From: Candidatus Uhrbacteria bacterium
Lineage (GTDB): Bacteria > Patescibacteriota > Patescibacteriia > 2-12-FULL-60-25
DNA: 64,000 bases
Reading direction: 5' to 3'
NCBI GenBank assembly: GCA_016222815.1
Contig: JACRQE010000007.1
Location: 3,073 to 67,072, forward strand
The notes below the pieces were generated by a model. The model searched no databases. It was given only the letters and a program-made list of their open reading frames with translations, and was not told the origin of the DNA. Position 1 is the stretch's first letter; each line of letters starts with the position of its first letter. Below are positions 48,058-57,238 of the stretch, one piece after another. Both the position numbers and the translations under genes were made by a program.

Positions 48058-49137
48058 TCAGGCGATCAAGCCTCCGCCAAGGCACTCCATGCCGCGATAA
48101 ATCACGGCTGATTGGCCAGATGCCACGGCTTTGACCGGTTGCCTAAAATTTAATTTGAATGCGCCTTTGCTCCCCGCGGCAAGTACGGCCTTTACCGAGC
48201 TTTGACGGTACCGTACCTGCACCGAACAGTCCAAAGGCAGTTTCGGGACCTTACCGGTACACCATCGCACGTCGTGTATCTCGAGGCTATTCCGGTAAAG
48301 CAGCGGATTATCCGCGCCCTGCACCACGACCAGCCTGTTGTTTTTTACGTCCTTCCCGGCTACGAACCATGGCGACGTTCCTTTGGCCACCTGAATCCGT
48401 TCACGCTGGCCGATTGTGAATGCATCCAGGCCTTGATGTCTGCCGATTACCGCGCCATCTTGGTCCACGATATCCCCCGGTTTAGGTTTGATTTTCTTGC
48501 GTAAGAAGTCGACCATGTCCAATTTGCCGATGAAGCAAATCCCCTGGCTATCCGGTTTTTCCGCGACTGGCAGTTTCAGCCTCCGCGCCAAATCCCTGAC
48601 CTGGGACTTCTTCATCTGTCCGATCGGGAAAAACGTGCGGCCCAGTGCCTCTTGCGGTACGCGGTATAAAAAATAGGATTGGTCTTTGTCGGGATCCAAA
48701 CCTCGAAGCAGATGCGCCACGCCATCCCGACCGCGTTTGACGCGAGCATAATGGCCGGTGGCGATGAATTCGGCGCCAAGCCTTTTAGCCGCTTCGAAGA
48801 ACATCCCGAATTTGATTGCCTCATTGCACAACACGTCTGGATTCGGCGTTTCGCCCGCCGCATAACCTCGGAACAAATCTCCCACGATTTTTTTTCGGTA
48901 TTCTTTCTCGAAATCAAAAGTCAGGAGCGGCACGCCAAGCTTGGCCGCGACCCGCATGGCATCCCGCCTCTCGCCGCGCCATGCGCACTCCCCCGTCTGC
49001 AGGTCCTTCGAATCGCTCCAATTCTTGATAAAACCGCCAACCACCCGATATCCGCGCTTCACGAGCAAAGCCGCGGCTACGCTAGAATCCACGCCGCCCG
49101 ACATACCGACCAGGACTGTCGCTCCTGCCTTTGGCAT
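48058..49137 (-). CDS. mnmA: tRNA 2-thiouridylase MnmA
   Basis: MSGGVDSS, TPNPDVLCN, ATGHY, KDQSYFL, DSQGICFIG. Confidence 0.98.
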   Translation of the reverse strand: MPKAGATVLVGMSGGVDSSVAAALLVKRGYRVVGGFIKNWSDSKDLQTGECAWRGERRDAMRVAAKLGVPLLTFDFEKEYRKKIVGDLFRGYAAGETPNPDVLCNEAIKFGMFFEAAKRLGAEFIATGHYARVKRGRDGVAHLLRGLDPDKDQSYFLYRVPQEALGRTFFPIGQMKKSQVRDLARRLKLPVAEKPDSQGICFIGKLDMVDFLRKKIKPKPGDIVDQDGAVIGRHQGLDAFTIGQRERIQVAKGTSPWFVAGKDVKNNRLVVVQGADNPLLYRNSLEIHDVRWCTGKVPKLPLDCSVQVRYRQSSVKAVLAAGSKGAFKLNFRQPVKAVASGQSAVIYRGMECLGGGLIA

Positions 49138-49140
49138 AAG

Positions 49141-50178
49141 CTATTCCTCCTCGTCCTTTTTGTTCCCGGCCAGTCCAGCCAATTGTCCGCAGGCGGCTTT
49201 GATGTCTTCGCCGAACGAAACCCTGAATGTGACGGGTATGCCGCGGTCCCGTAGGATCTGCATGAACCTGTCGCGAGTGTCTTGCCCAGATGCTTTGAAT
49301 TTCCCTGTATCGTGGTATTTGATCAGGTTCACCTGGTATAGACGGGCATTGTGCCCCAAAAGCTCTGCCAATTCATGCGCTGCGGAGTCCGAATCGTTCA
49401 CGTCTTCGAGCAGCAGATATTCGAACATGACTTTGCGGTTTGTTTTGGCCGTATATTCATCCAGAGCATCCATCAGGGCATTCAGCGGATAGGCCTTGTT
49501 GACCGGCATTATCTGCGTCCTGACGCGATCATCGGCCGAATGCAGCGATATCGCGAGGTTCACCTGCATATCCTCATCCGCCATTTTCTTGATGCCCGGG
49601 ACTATACCGCAGGTCGAAACCGTGATGTGGCGTGCTCCCAGCCCAAAACCATCCGGGTCGTTCAGCATGCGCACGGCCTGCATCACGCTGTCGTAATTAT
49701 TGAAAGGTTCGCCCATGCCCATGAAAACCACGTTGGTCACATGCGCACCCTCTGCCTTCAGACGCCGGGCGAAAAAAATAACCTGTTCTACGATCTCATC
49801 GGCAGTCAGATTACGCTTGAAACCCTGGGCCCCGGTGGCGCAGAAAGAACAGCCCATCGGACAACCGGCCTGGCTCGAAACGCACACCGTATTCCGACCC
49901 GACCTGCTCCGCATGAGCACCGCTTCAATCAATTGTCCGTCCGCGCAAGAGAATAAGACCTTATCCGTATCCCCGCGCTTGCTTGATTGCACGGTCACGG
50001 CCTTTAACGAATCCCAAGGCACTTGTTCTTCCAACGCTTCACGTAACGCCTTAGGGAAGGTGGAGAGGTTCTCCCAACCACCTTGAAGTTCGACATAAAA
50101 AGCCCGCTTGGCTTGGGCCAAACGGAATGCCGGTTCCCGGCGGTCATCTAGGGTCTTTTGGACTGCGTCAATATTCAT
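49141..50178 (-). CDS. rlmN: Radical SAM RNA methyltransferase RlmN
   Basis: CVSSQAGCPMGCSFCATG, MGMGEP, AISLH, AACGQL; ATGA overlap fixes the start at 50178. Confidence 0.96.
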   Translation of the reverse strand: MNIDAVQKTLDDRREPAFRLAQAKRAFYVELQGGWENLSTFPKALREALEEQVPWDSLKAVTVQSSKRGDTDKVLFSCADGQLIEAVLMRSRSGRNTVCVSSQAGCPMGCSFCATGAQGFKRNLTADEIVEQVIFFARRLKAEGAHVTNVVFMGMGEPFNNYDSVMQAVRMLNDPDGFGLGARHITVSTCGIVPGIKKMADEDMQVNLAISLHSADDRVRTQIMPVNKAYPLNALMDALDEYTAKTNRKVMFEYLLLEDVNDSDSAAHELAELLGHNARLYQVNLIKYHDTGKFKASGQDTRDRFMQILRDRGIPVTFRVSFGEDIKAACGQLAGLAGNKKDEEE

Positions 50179-51101
50179 TTTGCGACCGTCAATTGGGATG
50201 ACGGACTCCAATCATAGGCTTTCCAGGCCCAGTTGGCAAGGGATTTGGCCGAGGCAAAACTAGCGTTCTTGGTCGGCGAACCCAAAACCACCACTAAGAC
50301 CTGGGGACCTCCATCCATGGGCCTCATCTGGACCACCAGGTTATACAACGCCTCATCGATATAGCCGGTCTTGCCTCCGATAACCCACAAATCATCATCC
50401 ATGGTCAAAAGATGGTTCGTGTTTTTGACTGTTTTCACGACCTTGGGATTAGCGACCGTGAACTTATAAGCCATAGTCGAAGCCGCCCGCCTGATCGTCA
50501 TATTAGAAAAAGCGGTTTGGGCCAGCTTCGCCATCTCGGCTGCGGTCGTCACGTTTTTTTCGCTTAAACCAGTCGGTTCCTCAAATTTCGTGTCTTTTAG
50601 TCCCAAAGCCTTGGCTTTGGCGTTCATCTCTTTAACAAAACCCTTGATCCCCAGGCCAGATAACCTGGCCAACGACATGGTCGTATTGTTAGCGCTTCCC
50701 ACGATACTCGAATAGAACATGTCTTGGACCGTCATTTTTGATCCGGCTTTGACCGCCAACCTACCTCCGCCGACCTCATCCTGTCCTAGCAGTGAAACCG
50801 TCTTACCCCAAGGCTGATGATGGTCGAGCGTGACCAATGCGGACATCAATTTTGACAAACTGGCCGCCGGCCACTGCTTTCCTGATTGGTATGCGTAAAG
50901 CGTCTCCCCGCTTTTGGCGTCAATCACTACGGCACTCACGAACTCACTGTCCGCCCGCTGGTACCGCATTGCTCCAGACCTGAATTCCGGACCGGTTCCG
51001 GCCGCATTTGCCGGTGAAATCGATAAAATCAGCGCTGCTAATGCCGTGATTATGACCAAATATCCCGATTTCATGCCGCTCATGATGCTATTTTCTCTCA
51101 T
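50175..51101 (-). CDS. D-alanyl-D-alanine carboxypeptidase/endopeptidase (S11)
   Basis: Signal peptide; SLSK, SAN and KTG motifs. Confidence 0.92.
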   Translation of the reverse strand: MRENSIMSGMKSGYLVIITALAALILSISPANAAGTGPEFRSGAMRYQRADSEFVSAVVIDAKSGETLYAYQSGKQWPAASLSKLMSALVTLDHHQPWGKTVSLLGQDEVGGGRLAVKAGSKMTVQDMFYSSIVGSANNTTMSLARLSGLGIKGFVKEMNAKAKALGLKDTKFEEPTGLSEKNVTTAAEMAKLAQTAFSNMTIRRAASTMAYKFTVANPKVVKTVKNTNHLLTMDDDLWVIGGKTGYIDEALYNLVVQMRPMDGGPQVLVVVLGSPTKNASFASAKSLANWAWKAYDWSPSSQLTVAK

Positions 51102-51114
51102 ACGCTGATTTCGG

Positions 51115-51921
51115 TCAACGAACTATGCTTATCCTTGTCCCTACCGGTGTCCAATCATACATGGTTTTGGCCGGCCCGACGCCCAAACGCACACAGCCTC
51201 CAGAGGCCGGTGTTCCCAGGTGGTTTTCCCCTTCCTTGCGTCCGTTTGGCCACTCCGGCAGTTCATGGATACCCATACCGCTCAACGAAAACTGCATCCA
51301 CCAAGGCATCCAAAGTTTCGCGTGGTTCGACCAGGCGCGTGGGTTCTTGTTCATCACTTTATATTCACCGGGCGGTGTTGCCGCGCCTTTGCGGCCGGTA
51401 GACACCTTATACTTGGCCACCACGACCCCGCCCAAGGTTTGACTCATCTCCTGGGTCGATAATTTAATCAAAATCTTTTTGGCCAAAGGCGCTTTTGATG
51501 TAGAGGTTGGGGAAAAAGCCGAGTCGACTTCCTTACCATCCGAAAAACCGTCACCGTCAGTATCAGCGTCCGTCGGATCTGCTCCGAAAAGCAGCTCCAT
51601 GCGGTCATCCAATCCATCAATATCAAAATCCTTGGGCGACGTCTCCCCTTTGCCTAACGGATTGAATCCATTCTTCACCTCCAGGAAATCGGCGTAACCG
51701 TCGGAATCCGTATCAGCTTTCGACGGATCTGTCCCGAAAACGCGACTCTCCCATTCATCCGGCAAACCATCGCAGTCAGCGTCGGCCGTGCCGCGTATTT
51801 GGCAGTTGGATTTTTCGGCCGCATAGGCTCTTTGCGGCGCGCCAAAACAAATCATTAAAGCAACAGCCAGCAGGAACGGCAGTCCCAGTCCTCCGACGAT
51901 TTTTATACGTTGGAGTTTCAT
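51115..51921 (-). CDS. L,D-transpeptidase (YkuD) with N-terminal DxDxDG repeats
   Basis: Signal peptide; DADCDGL, DTDSDGY, DIDGL, DTDGDGF; STG..TP.G, GIH...ASGGCVRL. Confidence 0.9.
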   Translation of the reverse strand: MKLQRIKIVGGLGLPFLLAVALMICFGAPQRAYAAEKSNCQIRGTADADCDGLPDEWESRVFGTDPSKADTDSDGYADFLEVKNGFNPLGKGETSPKDFDIDGLDDRMELLFGADPTDADTDGDGFSDGKEVDSAFSPTSTSKAPLAKKILIKLSTQEMSQTLGGVVVAKYKVSTGRKGAATPPGEYKVMNKNPRAWSNHAKLWMPWWMQFSLSGMGIHELPEWPNGRKEGENHLGTPASGGCVRLGVGPAKTMYDWTPVGTRISIVR

Positions 51922-51922
51922 C

Positions 51923-52597
51923 TCATCCGCGCATTATTTCCAACAGCCAATCTGCGATCTTGTCAGGGAGTTTGCTGTCTGTCTTGAACAAATCAGTACC
52001 GTGCGCCGGTCCCTTGTATGGCAAAAATATCTTTTTCTCTACCGGTGCTATCTCAAAAAGCTTCTGGCTATCCTTGAAGCTTTGTTCATCCTGTTCTGCC
52101 GCCGCTATGTAGAGGGCTTGATATTCAGGCAAGTTTTGAGATTCCTCCAACGCGCTGATGCCTCGGTAATCCGCTCCGGGCGAGAGCAATACCCCGCAGG
52201 GCGTGCTCGGACGGCTGACCATGGTCGCAATCGCCAAATTCGCCCCGAACGACGCACCTCCCAGTGCGATGCGGCTGATATCCAAACCCCGGTTCGCGAC
52301 CCAATCCACTGCAGTATACGCATCATTCAGGGAGAGCCTGTGTTCCGCATCCGTAAACTCGCGATGGTCCAAAATCGCTCCCTCGTAACCCTTGGTGCTC
52401 TCCCCGTGCCCGCGCAAGTCTATAGCCAATGATGCGATGCCTCTTTTGGCGCAAGCGGACTGCAACGGCGCCCAAGAAGTTTTTGTCTCGCGCATCATGT
52501 GGAACAGGACGATGGCTCCGATCATGGTCGGTGTCGTATACCAGTCCCCGACGATCGTTATCTCATCTGCCGTCTTGAAAGTAATTCGTTCTGGCAT
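51923..52597 (-). CDS. Alpha/beta hydrolase
   Basis: DLRGHGES, GASFG nucleophile elbow, AHGT. Confidence 0.9.
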   Translation of the reverse strand: MPERITFKTADEITIVGDWYTTPTMIGAIVLFHMMRETKTSWAPLQSACAKRGIASLAIDLRGHGESTKGYEGAILDHREFTDAEHRLSLNDAYTAVDWVANRGLDISRIALGGASFGANLAIATMVSRPSTPCGVLLSPGADYRGISALEESQNLPEYQALYIAAAEQDEQSFKDSQKLFEIAPVEKKIFLPYKGPAHGTDLFKTDSKLPDKIADWLLEIMRG

Positions 52598-52621
52598 ATT
52601 TCTGGGATTAACATTTGTGAT

Positions 52622-54850
52622 CTAAAGCTGAATGTCGGTTTCCGTAGGCTCGCCGTCCTTCGTCATCCCCGGTGCCGCTTTAGGCGCATGCCCCGAAGCA
52701 TACGGGTTTTTCCCATGCGAGAAACGCTTATCCAGCGGATTCACGGTGGCTGGGAGTTCAACCCGGACCTCGAAAGCTCCCGGCTCTGATGGCTGGTTTT
52801 GCGTTGTCGGACGGTTGGTGGGCGGTGAATGCTTGAACACGGTCGGCGTGGCCGGTGCCGTCTCATTGGCCGATGTTCCCTGATGTCTGATGTCCTGTGT
52901 CAGTTTATCTTTGTCGGTCTCGACTTTTCCGCCTTTTCCTTTGGTCAGCTCGGCCAACAAACTCATCCGGTCGTCGTCGCCAGTGTCCGCCGGTACGAAC
53001 CTTATCGTGGCCTTGGGCGGAGCCGGAGGCAAAGACCTGGTTTCGCCGGTGAACCTTGGCTTATTCGGTTGATGCTTAGGCGGCCGGCTCGGTCCGCGTT
53101 CCGCTGCCGAAAAAGTATCCCGCAATTTCGTTTCGAGCTTGTTGGCCGGCCGTGCATCCTCGAATTTCCCGCCTCGCAATTCGGCAGCCCTCGTATCGCC
53201 ATGCAATCCGACGCGCGAAACCGTGGTCTTAAGCTTCCGTTCTTCACGGACGATCGGCAGGCACTCGGCGCAATAGATGGGCCGTGACGCATCAAGCTGG
53301 ATGGGCATATCCCAAACTTTTCCGCATCGGGTGCACGTATGGCTGAATTTCGGCTTGTCTTTCTTTTGTCCTTGCGGTGGTTTGACGATGGACGCTAGTC
53401 TCTCGTCTGAAATCTTGAGATATTCGCCTCCGCCACCGCTTTCGTTTTCTTCTTCGAAAGATTTCGGTTTTTCCGTCCCTCCACTGGCTTCTTCGGCTTC
53501 CCGCTCATCCTCCGTCTTTATGTCCGGATATTCCAATTTCTCGCCATCGCCTAATTCCATGCCGCTCCAACGCAAGACCTTTTCTTCGATCAACGCTTTC
53601 GGCGTAGCGTAGCGTTCGCGCGATACCGCGATAACCTTTTCCGTGCTCTGTGTCCGCTGTGCGATCGGCGGCAGGGTGTTGGCCGAAAAAGGCTGAGTCG
53701 CGGCGCCATCCACCATGAGTTTCAGGTAAATCTCGAATTTAGTCAGGTTGACCAGGTCTTCAGGCGTATACACGGGCATGAACTCGTTCTCCATGAAAGC
53801 CGCGTCCTCGGTGCCGACACGGAAGATAATCAGCGTTCCGACGTTGCCGAACACGGCCCAAGCCACCTCTTCGGCCAGCTGCTTGATGTACTGGTGCGCC
53901 ACAATCAGGTTCAGGTGGTATTTGCGCGCTTCAGACAGGATGTTGGCGAAAGATTCGTTCGCGAAGTTCTGGAATTCGTCGACGTACAGATAGAAATCGC
54001 GGCGCTCGGCTTCCGGCATGTCCACGCGCTCCATGGCTGTCAATTGGAGTTTGGTGATGATGATGCCGCCCAAAAGCCGCATGTTATCTTCACCGATGCG
54101 TCCTTTCGACAGGTTCACGATCAGAATCTTCCCCTCGTCCATGATGCGCCGCATGTCCACCGTGGATTTGACTTGCGCCACGATGTTGCGGATGACGGAC
54201 GCGGACAAGAATTGCCCGACCTTGTTCTGCACCGGCGCGATTGCTTCTGTCGCGTATTTCTCAGACCATGAGGAGAATTCCGCCACCCAAAAAGTCTTGA
54301 CTATCGGGTCGCGGATTTTGGCGATGACGCGTTTGCGGTATTCGACATCGACCAGCAGGCGGCTGATGCCGAGCAGGGTCGCTCCCGGATAATCCAGCAG
54401 GGCTAAGACGCAGTTCTGCAGGATGTATTCCATGCGCGGGCTCCACACATCCGGCCAGATCTTCTTGAACACGTTCATGAGCCCGGCGGCTATCAGGTGC
54501 TTTTGGCTGTCGTCTACGGTCTCTAGGATGTTGAACCCCAGCGGGTAATCCATGTCCGCCGGATTGAAATAGACCACGTCATTGATGCGGTAAGACGGGA
54601 TGTAATCCAGTATCTTCTCTGCCGTATCGCCGTGCGGATCCACGTAACACACGCCGTGCCCGGCCATGATGTCGGACAGGATCATATTCTCCATGAGCGT
54701 GGTCTTGCCCATGCCGGTTTTGCCCAGGATGTACATGTGCCGACGCCTGTCGTCCGTCTTGATGCCGAAACGCCTCTTCGCATTCCTAAAATTCGTCTCT
54801 GCGAAGAGCGTTATCTCGTTTTCATGGTCATGGTTATATTCAATCGGCAT
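52622..54850 (-). CDS. VirD4/TraG/HerA-like ATPase with C-terminal CxxC-x17-CxxC module
   Basis: HMYILGKTGMGKT, DPHGD, YVDEFQNF, LSEARKY, AHQY, GNVGT. Confidence 0.88.
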   Translation of the reverse strand: MPIEYNHDHENEITLFAETNFRNAKRRFGIKTDDRRRHMYILGKTGMGKTTLMENMILSDIMAGHGVCYVDPHGDTAEKILDYIPSYRINDVVYFNPADMDYPLGFNILETVDDSQKHLIAAGLMNVFKKIWPDVWSPRMEYILQNCVLALLDYPGATLLGISRLLVDVEYRKRVIAKIRDPIVKTFWVAEFSSWSEKYATEAIAPVQNKVGQFLSASVIRNIVAQVKSTVDMRRIMDEGKILIVNLSKGRIGEDNMRLLGGIIITKLQLTAMERVDMPEAERRDFYLYVDEFQNFANESFANILSEARKYHLNLIVAHQYIKQLAEEVAWAVFGNVGTLIIFRVGTEDAAFMENEFMPVYTPEDLVNLTKFEIYLKLMVDGAATQPFSANTLPPIAQRTQSTEKVIAVSRERYATPKALIEEKVLRWSGMELGDGEKLEYPDIKTEDEREAEEASGGTEKPKSFEEENESGGGGEYLKISDERLASIVKPPQGQKKDKPKFSHTCTRCGKVWDMPIQLDASRPIYCAECLPIVREERKLKTTVSRVGLHGDTRAAELRGGKFEDARPANKLETKLRDTFSAAERGPSRPPKHQPNKPRFTGETRSLPPAPPKATIRFVPADTGDDDRMSLLAELTKGKGGKVETDKDKLTQDIRHQGTSANETAPATPTVFKHSPPTNRPTTQNQPSEPGAFEVRVELPATVNPLDKRFSHGKNPYASGHAPKAAPGMTKDGEPTETDIQL

Positions 54851-54884
54851 AAGAGGGAAAGATCGGACGAAAGAGCGAATCTCT

Positions 54885-54912
54885 GTACCAAGTACTAAGT
54901 ACCAGGTACTGA
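54885..54912. repeat. 7-bp tandem repeat (GTACNNN)x4
   Basis: GTACCAA GTACTAA GTACCAG GTACTGA between the ATPase and its partner gene. Confidence 0.8.
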
Positions 54913-54915
54913 TTG

Positions 54916-56229
54916 CTATCCGAACGGGATATTCGGCGGCGGTGCGGAACGTTTAGCTTCTGTTTTCTTGAGTTGCGGCGCTTTGACCTGGAGCGTATGC
55001 GGGAAATGCCAGAGCGATGCCAGTTCCTCGGTGCACAGATGGAAATTCGGCGCGCCGACCCAGTTCGACCGTTTGCGGTAAGCTGTTATGAGCCGCCGCT
55101 TCCTGCCGTTATTGCGCCAGTCTTTGAAAAACCACAATGCACCGCTCATGCCGACCTTCTTCAGTTCCGGTTTAAGCGACTGCATGTTGTTGGTATTGAA
55201 TTGTTTGATGGATCCGAAGAACGGCTGGACGATGCGCGGATTGGATTTCACGGCCTTCTTGGCGACGTAGACGAACCTGATTTTGCACAGGTAAACGATT
55301 TTGGACATCTTGTTCTCGATGGCCTCGACCACCACGCGTTCCCCTGGCGTCATGTTGAGCATGCGGAAATCCGGCTGCTTCACATCCTTCTTGGCCGGTG
55401 CCGCCCCGCTGCCTACGATGGCATCTGCGGTGTAGCTCAAAGTCTGGAGCGGCAAGTCAATCGCCTTATCCAAAAAGGTTTTCTTTGCCTCAACTTTTTG
55501 CCCGGTCAGCTTTTTTATGGCCGCAGTCGCAGCCGTGACATAATCGCCCTGCGCTATGGGCGTCAGTACGATCTGGAACCAAGCCTGTTCGCCTACGCCC
55601 ATGCGTCCGAAGCTCTCGAACATGGCCGAAAGCGGATCCTTGAATTCCATCGAGACTTTATCTTCGAAATACGGATATGTTTTCAGCGGATAATAATCCT
55701 TCTTCACCGGGATAAGTTCCGCGCCCCACACATCCCATTCTTCATCCGGATATTGGTTCGGGACTTTGTACGCATAATCCTCCACTTCCACGATTTGGGC
55801 GTCCGTATACTGGGCGTAAATAGCAGCTTCGACCAAATCGCGCAGCTTGCGCGTGGTCCGGATGATGAACTGGATATGGCCCTCGATAGAGACGAGTTCC
55901 ACGGCAATCGTGTCTTGGGTATAACCATCGATCCATTTGTCTTTCCAGCTGGGTCCGCTATGCGCTCCCGCAAGATACGCGAACATGTTGTCTACGGCGC
56001 GCGGTCCCTGCTCGGTCAATCGCGGTATATCAATAGCCAAGACTATGTACGTCTTCTTGGTCATATTCAGCGTCTGCCGCCATTCCAGCCATAGCCTCGA
56101 GCAGCCCCAAAGTATGACCGCCAACAAAACTACCCAACCGCCATTGGCTAAAAAGAAACCCATGGCGATAAAGGGGTTATCGCCTATCTGATCAATGAAC
56201 GACCAGTCAAAATTGAGGAATTCGTCCAT
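54916..56229 (-). CDS. Membrane-anchored hypothetical protein, partner of the ATPase
   Basis: N-terminal TM; AIYAQY..AQI..VEDY, PLKTY, EELASLWHFP; co-oriented and adjacent to the ATPase. Confidence 0.8.
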   Translation of the reverse strand: MDEFLNFDWSFIDQIGDNPFIAMGFFLANGGWVVLLAVILWGCSRLWLEWRQTLNMTKKTYIVLAIDIPRLTEQGPRAVDNMFAYLAGAHSGPSWKDKWIDGYTQDTIAVELVSIEGHIQFIIRTTRKLRDLVEAAIYAQYTDAQIVEVEDYAYKVPNQYPDEEWDVWGAELIPVKKDYYPLKTYPYFEDKVSMEFKDPLSAMFESFGRMGVGEQAWFQIVLTPIAQGDYVTAATAAIKKLTGQKVEAKKTFLDKAIDLPLQTLSYTADAIVGSGAAPAKKDVKQPDFRMLNMTPGERVVVEAIENKMSKIVYLCKIRFVYVAKKAVKSNPRIVQPFFGSIKQFNTNNMQSLKPELKKVGMSGALWFFKDWRNNGRKRRLITAYRKRSNWVGAPNFHLCTEELASLWHFPHTLQVKAPQLKKTEAKRSAPPPNIPFG

Positions 56230-56277
56230 GTGTTTAGTCGCTGTGATTATAGCAGATATGGAGCTGGATTGTCACCA

Positions 56278-56308
56278 CAAAAAGACGCGGAGTATTCCAC
56301 GTCTTTTG
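56278..56308 (-). terminator. Terminator after secF
   Basis: AAAAGACGCGGA-GTAT-TCCACGTCTTTT inverted repeat with A/T tails. Confidence 0.75.
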
Positions 56309-56328
56309 AAAGCTATTGGTTGGCTTCG

Positions 56329-57234
56329 CTATCTCCCCGCCTTCGCCGTCGCCTTACGTCTGCTAAAACCGTTCCAAGTCACAAGCAGCGGTGAGGCTAT
56401 GAAGATGGATGAATACGTCCCGGTGATGATACCGACGATGAGCGCCAAAGCGAAATCCTTGATGGAATCGCCGCCGAAGAAAAGCACGGCGAGCAGAGCC
56501 AGGACCGTGGTCATTGACGTGTTGAACGAGCGGAACATGGTCTGCTTGACCGAATGTTCCACGATCTCTTCGAATGTACCCGTCGTCTTCTGCAGGTTTT
56601 CGCGGATACGGTCCAGCACCACGATGGTGTCGTTGATCGAATAGCCCATGATTGTCAGGATAGCCGCGATGAACGGCGTCCCGATTTCGACGTTCATGAA
56701 ATGCCCTAAAAGCGCGAACAGGCCGATCGGGACGAACACGTCATGGAACGCCGATACGAGCACGATCACGCCGTATTTCCAGCTCTGCACCGGCGCCGAG
56801 ACCTTGCGGAACGACCAGGCGATGAACCCCAGGATGAGCAGGAAAATAACGACCAGCGAAGAGACCGCCTTTTGGCGAAGCTCGACGCCGACAGCCGGCC
56901 CGATGGCGTTGTATTGGAGTTCCGTGGTCTTGCCGAACGTCGACTCCAGCGTCTGGTTGATCTTTTGGTGCGTATCCTCTTCCACCGATTTGAAACGCAG
57001 GATCAAATCCGTGTCCCCAGCCGGCTGGATGGTCACGGCGCTCAAGTTGAGTGCTGACAGCGCCTTCTCGGCTTCGACAGCGGTCGGGCGTTTTTCGAAA
57101 CGGACCGACATGAGCGTGCCGCCGGTGAAATCTATCCCTTGCTTCAGGCCGAAGACAGATAACAGGACGATGGAACCGCCCACCAATACGCCGGAGAGCA
57201 GGTACCAAATCCAACGGTTCTTGATTATTTTCAT
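56329..57234 (-). CDS. secF: Protein translocase subunit SecF
   Basis: GIDFTGG, IGPAVG, HD, GYSINDTIVVLDRIRE, GTYSSIFIA. Confidence 0.98.
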   Translation of the reverse strand: MKIIKNRWIWYLLSGVLVGGSIVLLSVFGLKQGIDFTGGTLMSVRFEKRPTAVEAEKALSALNLSAVTIQPAGDTDLILRFKSVEEDTHQKINQTLESTFGKTTELQYNAIGPAVGVELRQKAVSSLVVIFLLILGFIAWSFRKVSAPVQSWKYGVIVLVSAFHDVFVPIGLFALLGHFMNVEIGTPFIAAILTIMGYSINDTIVVLDRIRENLQKTTGTFEEIVEHSVKQTMFRSFNTSMTTVLALLAVLFFGGDSIKDFALALIVGIITGTYSSIFIASPLLVTWNGFSRRKATAKAGR

Positions 57235-57238
57235 ACGT

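Noticed and set aside
16497..54912. Short tandem arrays and palindromes as CRISPR
   Set aside because: Units are 7 bp or isolated hairpins with no repeat-spacer structure and no cas genes.
54913..56094. 393-aa plus-strand ORF
   Set aside because: Antisense shadow of the 437-aa gene with no motifs or expression signals.
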